A stretch of 64,000 nt of DNA, from NCBI GenBank assembly GCA_965140785.1, contig OZ223481.1, forward strand, positions 672,001-736,000. Direction: 5' to 3'. This DNA is from an uncultured Ruficoccus sp. GTDB taxonomy: Bacteria > Verrucomicrobiota > Verrucomicrobiia > Opitutales > Cerasicoccaceae. Made by a program: the position numbers and the translations under genes. The notes beneath the pieces are model-generated. The model did not search any database. It was given only the letters and a program-made list of their open reading frames with translations, and had not been told where the DNA came from. Below are positions 38,706-48,349 of the stretch, one piece after another. Numbering within the stretch: position 1 is the stretch's first letter; each line of letters starts with the position of its first letter.

Positions 38706-38771
38706 CGGGTGCGTGACCGCACAAGACATTCAGGGGCTCTGCCCCTACGCGTCCAGAAAGGCCGCTAGCCC
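38705..38771 (+). repeat. REP-like intergenic repeat, copy 4 (most complete)
   Basis: gcgggtgcgtgaccgcac...aggggctctgcccctacgcgtccagaaaggccgctagccc directly after the hrpB stop. Confidence 0.65.
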
Positions 38772-38884
38772 AAATATGAATGAGGGTGATGTAAATTCGT
38801 AGATTGGAGCGTTCCGGTAGTGAACCAATGAGACCCTCTGGAATTTACAAATTTACGAATCTCTGAATTAATGAACCTTCCTCG

Positions 38885-39703
38885 TCATTGTCCCTGTGGG
38901 CGCAGCAGCCGATAGACCCACGCCAGTAGAAAGCACCCGGTGGCCACCAGCACGATGCAGGCCCCGGAAGAAACGTCGAAGTGGAAGGACAGCAGCAGCC
39001 CGACAAATCCGGCCAGCACGGAGACGGCGGAGGCCAGCGCCATGATGCCCGAGACGCTTTTCATGATCAGGGCGGCGCAGGCGGCGGGGGTGATGAGCAA
39101 GGCGATGGTCAGCAGTGCGCCCACCACCTGCACGGCGGAGACGACGGCGAGCGAGGCCAGCAGCAGCACCAGCAGGCGCATGCGGTTGGGCTCGATCCCG
39201 ATGACGCGGGCGTACTCGGGGTCGAGCGAGGTCAGCTCCAGCTCCTTGTGCCACAGGGCCAGGATGAGGACGATGATCACCGTGACGGTCGCCACCAGCG
39301 CGAGGTCGCCCATGGTCACCCCGAGCACGCTGCCAAAGACGATGGCCTCGAAGTCCCGGTACGAGCTGGCCATGCTCATTAAAAGAATCCCCAGCGCGAA
39401 CATCCCGGCCAGCACGACGCCGATCGCGGTGTCTTCGCGCACGCGCCGGTGGGAGGACAGGACTGCCACGCCGAGCGCGGTGGCCAGGCTCGCTCCGAGC
39501 GCCCCGAAAAACAAATTGAAGCCCTTGAGGAAGGCGAAGGCCACGCCCGGCAGGATCGTGTGCCCGAGCGCCCCGCCGAGGAAGGCCATCCGGCGCAGGA
39601 CCACATAGGTGCCGACCAGAGCACAGTTGAGCCCGGCCAGCAGGACGGCGGCGAGCGCCTTTTGCAGGAAGGCGTAGGAAAACGGTTCGGTCAGCCAGTC
39701 CAT
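38885..39703 (-). CDS. znuB: Zn/Mn ABC transporter permease
   Basis: VGTYVVLRRMAF, GHTILPG, EDTAIG, FGSVLGV, LLITPAA. Confidence 0.88.
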   Translation of the reverse strand: MDWLTEPFSYAFLQKALAAVLLAGLNCALVGTYVVLRRMAFLGGALGHTILPGVAFAFLKGFNLFFGALGASLATALGVAVLSSHRRVREDTAIGVVLAGMFALGILLMSMASSYRDFEAIVFGSVLGVTMGDLALVATVTVIIVLILALWHKELELTSLDPEYARVIGIEPNRMRLLVLLLASLAVVSAVQVVGALLTIALLITPAACAALIMKSVSGIMALASAVSVLAGFVGLLLSFHFDVSSGACIVLVATGCFLLAWVYRLLRPQGQ

Positions 39704-39705
39704 GG

Positions 39706-40431
39706 TCAGTCGGGGGCGACGCGGCCGTTTTCGAGGGTGAGCACGCGGTCGAAATGATCGATGAAGTGCGCGATGTCATGCGTGGCCATGACGACCGTGC
39801 AGCCGCGTTCGCGCAGGCGGTCCAGCGCCTGCCAGATGAGGCCGCGGCTGGTCTCGTCCACGGCGTTAAAGGGTTCGTCGAGCAGGTAGAGCTCGGCCTG
39901 GTGGAGCAGGGTGCGGGCGAGCAGGGCGCGCTGCTGCTGGCCGCCGGAGAGGCTGCCGATCTGCCGTCTGGAATAGGGACTCAGGCCGAGTTGGTCCACG
40001 GCGGCCTCGGCGGCCTTGCGCTGCTGACGCCCGGGGCGGCGGAACCAGCCCAGGCGCACATAGGTGCCGGTCAGCACGAAGCGGCTCAGGTTGATGGGAA
40101 ATTCCCAGTCCAGGCTGCTGCGCTGGGGCAGGTAGGCGACCTCGTGCCGACAGACACCGGGCCGGTGCCCGAGCACGCGGATTTCCCCTTCATAAGGAAG
40201 CAGGCCAGCCAGACATTTTAAGAGAGTGGACTTGCCGGAGCCGTTGTCGCCGACCAGGGCGATGCGTTCACCGCGCCGGACGGAGAGGGAGACGCCGTCA
40301 AGCGCCGCCGGGCCGGTGGTGGCATAGCTCGCACTCACGCCCCCGAGGTGGATAGCGGTGGCGTCCGGGTAATGGCAGCCCCCGCAATTACCCCGGTAGG
40401 AGAGCAGCCCGCTGGCGATTCCTTTACTCAA
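39706..40431 (-). CDS. znuC: Zn/Mn ABC transporter ATP-binding protein
   Basis: GDNGSGKST, AYLPQR, LSGGQQQR, LLDEP; start uncertain (TTG 40431 overlapping the znuA end). Confidence 0.88.
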   Translation of the reverse strand: MSKGIASGLLSYRGNCGGCHYPDATAIHLGGVSASYATTGPAALDGVSLSVRRGERIALVGDNGSGKSTLLKCLAGLLPYEGEIRVLGHRPGVCRHEVAYLPQRSSLDWEFPINLSRFVLTGTYVRLGWFRRPGRQQRKAAEAAVDQLGLSPYSRRQIGSLSGGQQQRALLARTLLHQAELYLLDEPFNAVDETSRGLIWQALDRLRERGCTVVMATHDIAHFIDHFDRVLTLENGRVAPD

Positions 40432-41377
40432 TGTGTCGGCTACTTTGCAGAGAATCGGCGATCGTGTCCACTGTGTAGAGGAAAAGCGATTCATAATCCT
40501 GCGGGCCGTTCACCTCGCGGGCCAGGGAGCCCACGTAAAGGGGTTGGGGAGTGGGCAGGCCGGTTTCGCGGCAGAGCTGTTCGGCCAGGCGGGGATTGGA
40601 GCCGGGGTCGGTGAAGACGGCCCTGACCTGGTCCTGTTTAACCAGCCGAATCAGCCGGGCCATCTGGCGAGCGGAGGGCTCGCCGCTGACGGTGCTGACG
40701 GAGCCCAAAATGGTGGCGGGAATGCGGATGTCGTAGCGCTCGGCGAAGTAGCCCAGATTGTCGTGGTAAGTGATGATGACGCGCTCATCGGAGGGGAGCG
40801 TGGAGAAGCGTTTTATAGCGTACTGGTCGAGCTCCTGAAGGCGTTGCGCCCAGCGTTTTTCATTACGTCGGTAGTCCTCGGCATGGGCGGGGTCGAGCTG
40901 GCAGAGGGCCTCGGTCAGGACTTCGCCCATTTGCCGGACATTATCCGGGTCCATCCAGACGTGGGGATCGTGCTCGCCATGGTCGTGGTGCTCACCGACG
41001 CCGTGGCCGTCGTGGCTGTGTCCATGCTCGTCCTCCTCGGCTTCGTGCAGACTGAGGTGCTCGCTCAGGCTCAGACGGCGTCCCTGAAAGCGGGTGGCGG
41101 CCAACATGTCATCGAGCCAATACTCCAGCCCGGCGCCAATCTCCACCACCAGATCGGCCTCGGCCAGCGTAGCCAGGTCGCGCGGAGCCGCTTCAAAGGC
41201 ATGGATGTCCTGACCGTTTCCGGCCAGCACCGTCAACTCTACCTCGTCACCGGCGATTTGGCGCACCCAGTCGGCGGGCAGGCTGAAGCTGGCCACCACG
41301 CGGAGCTTATCGGCGTGGAGCAGGGTGGTGGAGGCCAGCCCCACCAGGAGCACGGCCAGCATTTTCCAACGTAGCAT
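40424..41377 (-). CDS. znuA: Zn/Mn ABC transporter substrate-binding protein with His-rich loop
   Basis: DIHAFE, EHGHSHDGHGVGEHHDHGEHDPHVW, YHDNLGYF. Confidence 0.88.
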   Translation of the reverse strand: MLRWKMLAVLLVGLASTTLLHADKLRVVASFSLPADWVRQIAGDEVELTVLAGNGQDIHAFEAAPRDLATLAEADLVVEIGAGLEYWLDDMLAATRFQGRRLSLSEHLSLHEAEEDEHGHSHDGHGVGEHHDHGEHDPHVWMDPDNVRQMGEVLTEALCQLDPAHAEDYRRNEKRWAQRLQELDQYAIKRFSTLPSDERVIITYHDNLGYFAERYDIRIPATILGSVSTVSGEPSARQMARLIRLVKQDQVRAVFTDPGSNPRLAEQLCRETGLPTPQPLYVGSLAREVNGPQDYESLFLYTVDTIADSLQSSRHIE

Positions 41378-41407
41378 GAGCGCAATCTGCCACGGGAGCC
41401 CGCTAAA

Positions 41408-41422
41408 CGCAATTCATTTGCA
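41408..41422. promoter_or_regulatory. putative Zur-type operator
   Basis: CGCAAttcatTTGCA 30 nt upstream of the znuA start. Confidence 0.6.
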
Positions 41423-41588
41423 AGAAATATTCTTCTTCCATGGCCCGTCTCTTTCCCCATTCGATTTCTGCGCCGCAAAGCGCGTGGTGCTTGGGGCGAG
41501 GTCAATCGCTTCGCTTCGTCCCGCAGAGACCGCTCCGAAACGTGCGCCTCCGTGTCTCGCTATGCCCGCACGTGCTTCAAAACGGCTC

Positions 41589-41963
41589 CTACGGGTGAAA
41601 GTAACCGTACACGATGATCTCGTGGCCGATGTACTCGAAATTCTTCGGGATGTCCTTTAGCTCAACCTCGACCGGTTTGGTAGCGAGCCAGTGGATTTGC
41701 CCGGTGCGCTGGCAGACCAGGATGGGGAACTTGCTCTGCCGGGGGAGGGTGTAGCAGGTGGCGAGTCCCGGGATCTCGAGCTTTTCCACGACCCCCTCTT
41801 CAAGCATGATCCGCAGATTGCGGTAAACAGTAGCTATTCCCAGGCTGTTACATTCTTCCTGCGCTAGTTCCTGGATTTCTTTCGGCTTAAGGGGGCGGTC
41901 TTGGGACTGTAGAGCATTTCGGATGGCTGTTCGCTGGCGGGTTTCTCTGACCGATGATGGCAT
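41589..41963 (-). CDS. Fur-family transcriptional regulator (atypical)
   Basis: TRQRTAI and LGIATVYRNL winged helix; C-terminal HEIIVYG. Confidence 0.85.
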   Translation of the reverse strand: MPSSVRETRQRTAIRNALQSQDRPLKPKEIQELAQEECNSLGIATVYRNLRIMLEEGVVEKLEIPGLATCYTLPRQSKFPILVCQRTGQIHWLATKPVEVELKDIPKNFEYIGHEIIVYGYFHP

Positions 41964-42268
41964 GGATGCAAAAAGGCTTCTGCTCAGGTTGTAAAAGGCC
42001 TGTCGGTTTCTAAAATGGGAAAACCCGGCCCTGCGTTTTAAGTAATTTAGTGATTAGATATTATTTTATCATATAAATTATGGGGTGAGTCAGAACCGTC
42101 AACCCATTAATCATATATCGCTTTAATAAATGGATACTTCTATTTTTATATTAATTCTGACTTTTTTTATCAGCTTTTAATGCCGAATGTAAGCTAACGA
42201 AAAAATGATGAGATGGATGTTCCCGGAAATCTGTTCGGTCACCCATTTTTTAGCGGCTTTTTTCGCTT

Positions 42269-42754
42269 CTATAAAATCCGCGGAGTGAGGAACCACTCCA
42301 GTGTCCATTCCCCAAAGGGGAGAGCGTGGCTGGGCGGGCACTGGCGCCGCAGGCACAGCAGTCCGGCTTTTTTGAACGTGATCAGGCCGCCCTCGCGGGA
42401 CTGGCGCATCAGTCCATCGGCCAGGATGGAGAGGTGGGGGTTGTGGCCGATGAGCATCTTGTCCGTTTCGGCTTCGGCCAGCTCCTTGAGCCAGGTAAAG
42501 GGATTGTCGCCCGGTCGCAGGCCGGAGCGCTCCAGCAGGGGTTGGGAGAGCTCCAGGTTCTCCTTGAAAAGCTCCGCTGTCTGGACGGCGCGGGTCAGTG
42601 GGCTGTGGAAAAGTTTTTCCACCCCATCGAATTCGTTTCGCTTGAGGGTCTGACAAAGTTTGCGGATAGATTTCTCACCTTTGGCGGTGAGTTTTCGGCT
42701 CTCGTCCGGGGCGGTGTCTTCGGCCTCGGCGTGACGCAGCAGATACAGTCGCAT
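42269..42754 (-). CDS. sixA: phosphohistidine phosphatase SixA
   Basis: LYLLRHAEA, SPLTRAVQTA, IGHNP, FKKAG. Confidence 0.88.
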   Translation of the reverse strand: MRLYLLRHAEAEDTAPDESRKLTAKGEKSIRKLCQTLKRNEFDGVEKLFHSPLTRAVQTAELFKENLELSQPLLERSGLRPGDNPFTWLKELAEAETDKMLIGHNPHLSILADGLMRQSREGGLITFKKAGLLCLRRQCPPSHALPFGEWTLEWFLTPRIL

Positions 42755-43011
42755 AGGGTTGTATTGTGTTCGAGTGAACTGACTTGCGCAATCCCTGAGT
42801 CGTAGGGATAAGCCTTGCCATTATGATAAATTAGAATTCGTTGTGAGGGCTTGTGTAACGCAACTGCCTTGCAGATAGGGACTTTTAAAGAAAGAAACGT
42901 TTTCGGTGTTGCATTTTCGTAACTTTTGGATTTATAAAGAACCTATAATTTACATGCTTTCACCCTTTCCCGGTTAACACCGAAGGAATGATAAAACAGT
43001 AGAGATGGCGG

Positions 43012-43044
43012 GAGGCCCCCAGGGATGGGGGCCTCTATTTTTTT
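43012..43044 (+). terminator. intrinsic terminator with no upstream plus-strand CDS
   Basis: gaggccccc-agggat-gggggcctc followed by ta-T7. Confidence 0.7.
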
Positions 43045-43235
43045 GTGGGGTTAAAAGGGCCCGGGCCGTGACTTTTTTCCAACGATGTGCCGGAGGATGG
43101 CAGCAGGTCTTTTGCCCGCGGGAGCTTGTCGCTGGGCCCCGAATCCTTCGATTGCAGACACGATGCCATCGGCATCGAAACTGCAGGCTCTGCCTGTCGT
43201 AGGTGTGGGCTGCGTAAGCCCGCAGAACATTCTGC

Positions 43236-43874
43236 CTAGGGGGCCAGACGCTCGATTTTCCAGGTCTCGCTGTCAAGCGGGGTGTACTGGAGCCGGTCGT
43301 GGAGGCGGTTCTCGCGCCCCTGCCAGAACTCAAAAAGCGCGGGCTGCACCCGGTAGCCGCCCCAGAAGGAGGGCAGCGGCACCTCGCCGCCGGCGAATTT
43401 GCGCTTCATCTCGTCGAGCTTCATCTCCAAAATCTTGCGCGAGGAAATGACGTGGCTCTGGTGCGAAACCCAGGCCCCAAGCCGGCTGCCGAAGGGGCGA
43501 CTGGCGAAGTAGCGCAGTGACTCGGCGGCCCCGATTTTCTCGGCCCGTCCCTGGATCTTGACCTGCCGCTCCAGATCCAGCCAGGAAAAGAGCAGGCACA
43601 CCTCGGGGTTGTGGGAGATGTCCTCAGCCTTGGAGCTGGCGTAGTTGGTGTAAAAGACGAAGCCCTTGCTGTCGTAGGCTTTGAGCAGGACGGTGCGCAG
43701 GCTGGGCTGGCCCTTGTTGTTGACCGTGGCCAGGGCCATGGCGTTGGGCTCGGCCAGGTCGGCCTGGAGGGCCTGCTCGAACCACTGCCGGAATTGTTTA
43801 AAGGGGTCCGGATCGGCGCTCTCCTCGGAAAGCCCGCTACGGGTGTAGTTGCGGCGCATGTCGGCCAGATTCAT
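43236..43874 (-). CDS. pdxH: pyridoxamine 5'-phosphate oxidase
   Basis: [38 protein letters not shown]. Confidence 0.95.
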   Translation of the reverse strand: MNLADMRRNYTRSGLSEESADPDPFKQFRQWFEQALQADLAEPNAMALATVNNKGQPSLRTVLLKAYDSKGFVFYTNYASSKAEDISHNPEVCLLFSWLDLERQVKIQGRAEKIGAAESLRYFASRPFGSRLGAWVSHQSHVISSRKILEMKLDEMKRKFAGGEVPLPSFWGGYRVQPALFEFWQGRENRLHDRLQYTPLDSETWKIERLAP

Positions 43875-43947
43875 CCGGCCTACTGTGAAGACGCATTCCC
43901 CCGCTGGCAAGCCGACAGGGCATTCCTCGCTCAGCGCCTGTGAGGGG

Positions 43948-44130
43948 TCAGTCCTTGCGCTTGGGGACGAGCTTGCCCTTTTTCACAGTCGGGCAGGCGC
44001 AGTCGGAGCTGCAGCAGCCTTTCGAGCGGGCCTTGCGCACCATTTGCCAGCAGAAAAACACCAGCGTCACCGCGACGATGCCGAGCGCGATCAGTTCCTG
44101 TGTGTCCAGTTGCGTGCCGAAAATTTCCAT
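43948..44130 (-). CDS. FeoB-associated Cys-rich membrane protein
   Basis: Single TM then [10 protein letters not shown]; directly downstream of feoB. Confidence 0.75.
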   Translation of the reverse strand: MEIFGTQLDTQELIALGIVAVTLVFFCWQMVRKARSKGCCSSDCACPTVKKGKLVPKRKD

Positions 44131-44177
44131 GGGGGTCGAGGCTCAGGTTGGTAGAGGAGGAAGGGCTGGTGCCATGT

Positions 44178-46286
44178 TTAGCTGAAGCCCAGCAGGTGTC
44201 CGCCTTGATAGATGAGGAGGGCTGCGATATAGGCGACGGCGGTCATGTAGCCGAGCTGGAACAGCGGCCATCGCCAGGAGTTCGTCTCTCGTTTTACGAC
44301 GGCGACCGTACTCAGGCATTGCAAGGAGAAGACATAAAAGACCATCAGCGAAAGACACGTCAGGGGCGTGAAGACCGCCGCCCCGTCGGGGCGTCTCTCA
44401 CTCTGGAGTACCTGGGCGAGCGAGCCGGTATCCTCGCCCTCGTCGCCAACCTTGTAGATGATCGCCATGGTGCTGACGAAGACCTCGCGGGCGGCGAACG
44501 AGGCCAGCAGGCCGATGTTGATCTTCCAGTCGTAGCCGAGCGGATCGGTGACCGGGGTGAGCGCGTGGCCGACCTGGCCGGCGAAGCTCTGCGAGATCTC
44601 CGTCTCGCCCAGGTCGTTTTTCGGATAGGAGACGAAGAACCACAGCAGGATCGACACCCCGAGGATGATCGTCCCGGCCTTGCGCAGAAAGAGCTTGGCC
44701 CGCTCGAACATGTCCATCAGCACCGAGCGGGTGGTGGGCAGGCGGTAGGGCGGCATCTCCATGATCAGCGTGGGGCTCTCGCCCCGCATCAGGGTCTTTT
44801 TGAAAATCCAGGCGAAGACGAAGGCCGACACCGTCCCGAGCGCATAGACGAAGAACATGAGCGCGGTCTTGATCCAGGGCGCGCCGGGGGCCAGCGCGGC
44901 GATCATGAGAAAATAAACCGGCAGGCGGGCCGAACAGCTCATCCAGGGCGCCACCAGGATCGTCACGAAGCGGTCCTTGCGCGAGTCGATGGTACGCGCG
45001 GCCATGATGCCGGGGATGGCGCAGGCGTAGGAGCTCAGCAGCGGGATAAAGGACTGGCCGTGCAGCCCGACCTTGTGCATGACGCGGTCCAGCAGAAAGG
45101 CCGCGCGGGCCATGTACCCGGTGCCCTCCAGCAGCGCGACGAAGAAAAACAAAATCAGAATCTGCGGCAGGAAGATGACCACCCCGCCGACCCCGGCGAT
45201 CATGCCGTCTACGATCAGGTCGCGCAGGGTGCCCGCGGGCATGTGCGTCTGCACGGCCTCACCCAGCCAGCCGAAAGCCCCATCAATCCAGTCCATCGGG
45301 ATGCTCGAAAGCGTGAAGATGGTATAAAAAATCGTCGCCATGATCAGGCTGAGAAAAAACCAGCCGCCGATCGGGTGCAGGAGCACGGCGTCAATCCGGT
45401 CCGTCAGGGTGGGGGCCTTTTCCGGGCCGCGCTGGACGGCCTCGCGGGAGATTTTACCCAGCTGCACATAGCGCTCGCCGACGAGTTTCTCCTTCCAGGT
45501 CGGGTCGGTGGCGGAAAGTTTACGCGTCCACTCGGCGGCGAACTCCCGGGCCGCGATGGGCTGCTCCATGACGTTGCGGTGAAGCTCGTCCGGAGTGGCC
45601 TCGGTCAGCAGGAGCCAGGCCTCGGCGCGGGCCTGGGCCTGTGTCATGTCGCAGAGTTCGCGCAGGCGCGAGGCGGTCTCATCGAGGGCGAGCTGGAAGT
45701 CCTCCGGCAAGGCGAAGCGCCATTTGGGCAGCGGAAGGTTCTCCCGACTCATGGCCAGGCGCAGCTCGGTCAGACCCTTGCCGGTGCGGGCCTGAGTCTG
45801 GACCACGGTGACCCCGAGGGCGTCCTCCAGGACTTTGGCGTCGATGCTTACCCCAGCCGCATTGGCGTCATCAATCATGTTGAGAACGAGGATGACGGGC
45901 AGGCCCAGCTCCAGGAGCTGGGTGGTCAGAAAGAGGTGGCGCTCCAGGTTCGTGGCATCGGCCACGCAGATGATGCCGCTGGGGCGGGGCGTGTCGGTAC
46001 GCCGACCCATCAGGATGTCCTGAGTGATGGCCTCGTCCGGCGAATGCGCGGTAATGGTGTAGGCCCCCGGCAGGTCGATCAGGCGCAGGGGCTTGCCGTG
46101 CTGCGAGTAGCACACGCCCTCCTTGCGTTCGACGGTGACGCCCGGATAGTTCCCGACCTTCTGGCGAAGTCCGGTCAGGCCGTTAAAGAGCGTGGTTTTG
46201 CCGGAGTTGGGATTGCCGACGACGACGAAGACTTTCTCCGCAGTCGGAACCTTGGGCGCGGCAGGCGGCTGGGCGGTGGTAGGCAT
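44178..46286 (-). CDS. feoB: ferrous iron transport protein B
   Basis: GNPNSGKTT, VGNYPGVTVE, DLPG, NMID, MSCSARLP, MEMPPY. Confidence 0.95.
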   Translation of the reverse strand: MPTTAQPPAAPKVPTAEKVFVVVGNPNSGKTTLFNGLTGLRQKVGNYPGVTVERKEGVCYSQHGKPLRLIDLPGAYTITAHSPDEAITQDILMGRRTDTPRPSGIICVADATNLERHLFLTTQLLELGLPVILVLNMIDDANAAGVSIDAKVLEDALGVTVVQTQARTGKGLTELRLAMSRENLPLPKWRFALPEDFQLALDETASRLRELCDMTQAQARAEAWLLLTEATPDELHRNVMEQPIAAREFAAEWTRKLSATDPTWKEKLVGERYVQLGKISREAVQRGPEKAPTLTDRIDAVLLHPIGGWFFLSLIMATIFYTIFTLSSIPMDWIDGAFGWLGEAVQTHMPAGTLRDLIVDGMIAGVGGVVIFLPQILILFFFVALLEGTGYMARAAFLLDRVMHKVGLHGQSFIPLLSSYACAIPGIMAARTIDSRKDRFVTILVAPWMSCSARLPVYFLMIAALAPGAPWIKTALMFFVYALGTVSAFVFAWIFKKTLMRGESPTLIMEMPPYRLPTTRSVLMDMFERAKLFLRKAGTIILGVSILLWFFVSYPKNDLGETEISQSFAGQVGHALTPVTDPLGYDWKINIGLLASFAAREVFVSTMAIIYKVGDEGEDTGSLAQVLQSERRPDGAAVFTPLTCLSLMVFYVFSLQCLSTVAVVKRETNSWRWPLFQLGYMTAVAYIAALLIYQGGHLLGFS

Positions 46287-46292
46287 CGGACC

Positions 46293-46529
46293 TTAGGCGC
46301 GGCGCACTTCGATGGCGCAGGCTTCGGTTTTGCGCAGGCACAGGTGGAAGCCCGGCAGCTTGATCTCGATGGGATCGCCCAGCGGCGAAATGCGGACGAC
46401 CTGAAGGTTTTGCCCCGGCGTCAGCCCCAGCTCATGCAGGCGCAGGAGAGTGCCGTTGCGGGCATTAAAGGAGTCGAGAATCCCGGCTTCGCCCGGTTTC
46501 ATCTCGGAGAGTGTGCAGGTACTTGCCAT
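46293..46529 (-). CDS. feoA: ferrous iron transport protein A
   Basis: RLHELGLTPG, SPLGDP, LRKTEA. Confidence 0.92.
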   Translation of the reverse strand: MASTCTLSEMKPGEAGILDSFNARNGTLLRLHELGLTPGQNLQVVRISPLGDPIEIKLPGFHLCLRKTEACAIEVRRA

Positions 46530-46556
46530 CGTAGTTATTATTTATAGTTGGGCGAA

Positions 46557-46571
46557 TGAGACCCGTTTTCA
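46557..46571. promoter_or_regulatory. putative Fur box
   Basis: aaTGAGAcccgtTTTCAatt 27 nt upstream of feoA; same 5-N5-5 geometry as the Fur core TGATA-N5-TATCA. Confidence 0.55.
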
Positions 46572-46607
46572 ATTATTTTCTTTCGATGCGTCCTAAAAGT
46601 AGATTTT

Positions 46608-47093
46608 CTAATGACGAGTGAGGGCAAGAATATCATCTGTCCACGTTGGGTAGGCGGCGCTCAGCGCGTCGCGTTGGCCCAGCTCGAAGCCCTCCCAGGT
46701 GAAGCCAGGGGCGGAGCAGGTGGTGAAAAGCGCGTAACCGGAGGTGCCGCCTGCGGCCAAGCGACAGCCTTGCCAGCTCTGAGCCGGGACCAGGGCGAAC
46801 GGTGATTCTCCCGCAACCGGATCGGCCCCCAGGCGGAGCTTTTTCCCGCTGCCGTCCGGGGCGAGCTGGAGCATTTCGACCGCATCCCCGCCGTGAAAGT
46901 GAAACGTCTCCTCCTGGTCGAGCCGGTGCAGGGCCGAAAAGTCCGCGGGTGTGATCAGGTAGTAGATGCAGGTGGACAGCGGGCGGTCCGTGGCCGGCAC
47001 CGTGGCCGGGTGGGTGTGGACGCGGCGGAAGTACCCGCCCTCATCGGGAAGCGGCTCCAGCTCCAGTACGCGTATGATACTTGCGGCGTCCAT
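46608..47093 (-). CDS. cupin domain protein (DUF985-like)
   Basis: EGGYF, TCIYYL, SALHRL, APGFTWEGF. Confidence 0.85.
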   Translation of the reverse strand: MDAASIIRVLELEPLPDEGGYFRRVHTHPATVPATDRPLSTCIYYLITPADFSALHRLDQEETFHFHGGDAVEMLQLAPDGSGKKLRLGADPVAGESPFALVPAQSWQGCRLAAGGTSGYALFTTCSAPGFTWEGFELGQRDALSAAYPTWTDDILALTRH

Positions 47094-47369
47094 GTGGTTA
47101 AAATTCCGCCCTGTTTATTGCAGGGGGCGTGCCAGTCGGGCGATACTGAGTCTCTATAGACTCGGCGACAAGCGTTCTTTACTTCCGCTTATTGGCACCT
47201 TTAGCAAACGTAAACTCAACCTCCGTTTTCTGGCGGGCGAGAAGCTTTTTCAAGGCCGGACCGGGGGAAGAAGGCGGATCGGAGCTTGAAGTCAGGCCGT
47301 TTTTCGTTTCATTTAAAGACAGAACACGCCATCCCCGCCCCAACCCCTATCTATTTGATTCCTAGGACC

Positions 47370-47600
47370 ATGGAGATCCAATCCTTTATCGAAAACTTCG
47401 CGGATGCCATCGACGGGCTCGAGCCCGATGGCCTCACCAAGCAGACGCCCTTCCGCGAACTGGAACAATGGGATTCGCTGGCCTTTCTGAGCGTCTTGGC
47501 CATGATCGACGCCGAGTACGGCGTCGAAGTCCCCGGCGACGAGCTCCTGACCTGCGATACGCTGGACGAGCTTTTCGAAATCGTGGCGGACAAACAATAA
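47370..47600 (+). CDS. acyl carrier protein
   Basis: Acidic 76 aa with WDSL phosphopantetheine site. Confidence 0.88.
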   Translation: MEIQSFIENFADAIDGLEPDGLTKQTPFRELEQWDSLAFLSVLAMIDAEYGVEVPGDELLTCDTLDELFEIVADKQ

Positions 47601-47605
47601 TCCCC

Positions 47606-48343
47606 GTGTCCGAGCTAGCCCACAAGCGCATCCTCATCTGCGGCGCCTCTTCAGGCATCGGACGGGTATGCGCCCTGGCTGCCGCGCAGGCCGGCGCCAC
47701 CCTCATGCTTAACGGACGGGACCGCGCCCGGCTGGAGGAGACGCTCGCGGCGCTGCCCGGAGAGGGGCATACCGTGCACGCAGCCGACCTGACCGACGCC
47801 GATGCCCGACAGGCCCTCGCCGCCGCTGCGCCAGAACTCGACGGAGTGGTTTTTTCAGCGGGCATGCACCGGATCAAACCGGTCAAATTTCTCGACGACA
47901 GCGCCTGGGAGGAAAGCTTCGGCATCAATCACCGCGCCCCCTGCCTGCTGACGGCGGCCCTGCTCAAGGCGAAAAAAATCAAGCCCGCCGCTTCTCTGGT
48001 CTATCTCGGCTCGATCGCGGCGGAGGCGGCCACGGTGGGCAACGCCCTCTACGCCGGTTCCAAGGGCGCGCTCCTCTCCAGTGTCCGCGTGCTGGCGCTG
48101 GAGCTGGCCCGTCAGGGAGTCCGCGCCAATGTCGTTTCCCCCGGCCAGGTCCAGACCGCCATGGTCGAGGCCAACGCCGCTCAGATCTCGGCCGAGGCTC
48201 TGGAGCAGAACGCCTCCCTTTACCCGCTCGGTCCGGGCACGCCGGAGCAGGTGGCCGACGCGGTCCTCTTTTTACTCAGCTCACGTGCGGCCTGGATCAC
48301 AGGCCAGAACTTGGTCGTCGATGGCGGCTACACCCTCAAATAA
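47606..48343 (+). CDS. SDR family oxidoreductase (FabG-like)
   Basis: GASSGIG, YAGSK, VSPG, ITGQNLVVDGG. Confidence 0.88.
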   Translation: MSELAHKRILICGASSGIGRVCALAAAQAGATLMLNGRDRARLEETLAALPGEGHTVHAADLTDADARQALAAAAPELDGVVFSAGMHRIKPVKFLDDSAWEESFGINHRAPCLLTAALLKAKKIKPAASLVYLGSIAAEAATVGNALYAGSKGALLSSVRVLALELARQGVRANVVSPGQVQTAMVEANAAQISAEALEQNASLYPLGPGTPEQVADAVLFLLSSRAAWITGQNLVVDGGYTLK

Positions 48344-48349
48344 AACGCG

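Noticed and set aside
41525..41589. Possible degraded MITE between znuA and the Fur-family gene
   Set aside because: Inverted match is too imperfect to support
44100..46547. Long antisense ORFs (e.g. 44100..46547, 7112..8923, 4141..5286, 36189..37682)
   Set aside because: Shadow frames of GC-rich genes with clear motifs on the opposite strand
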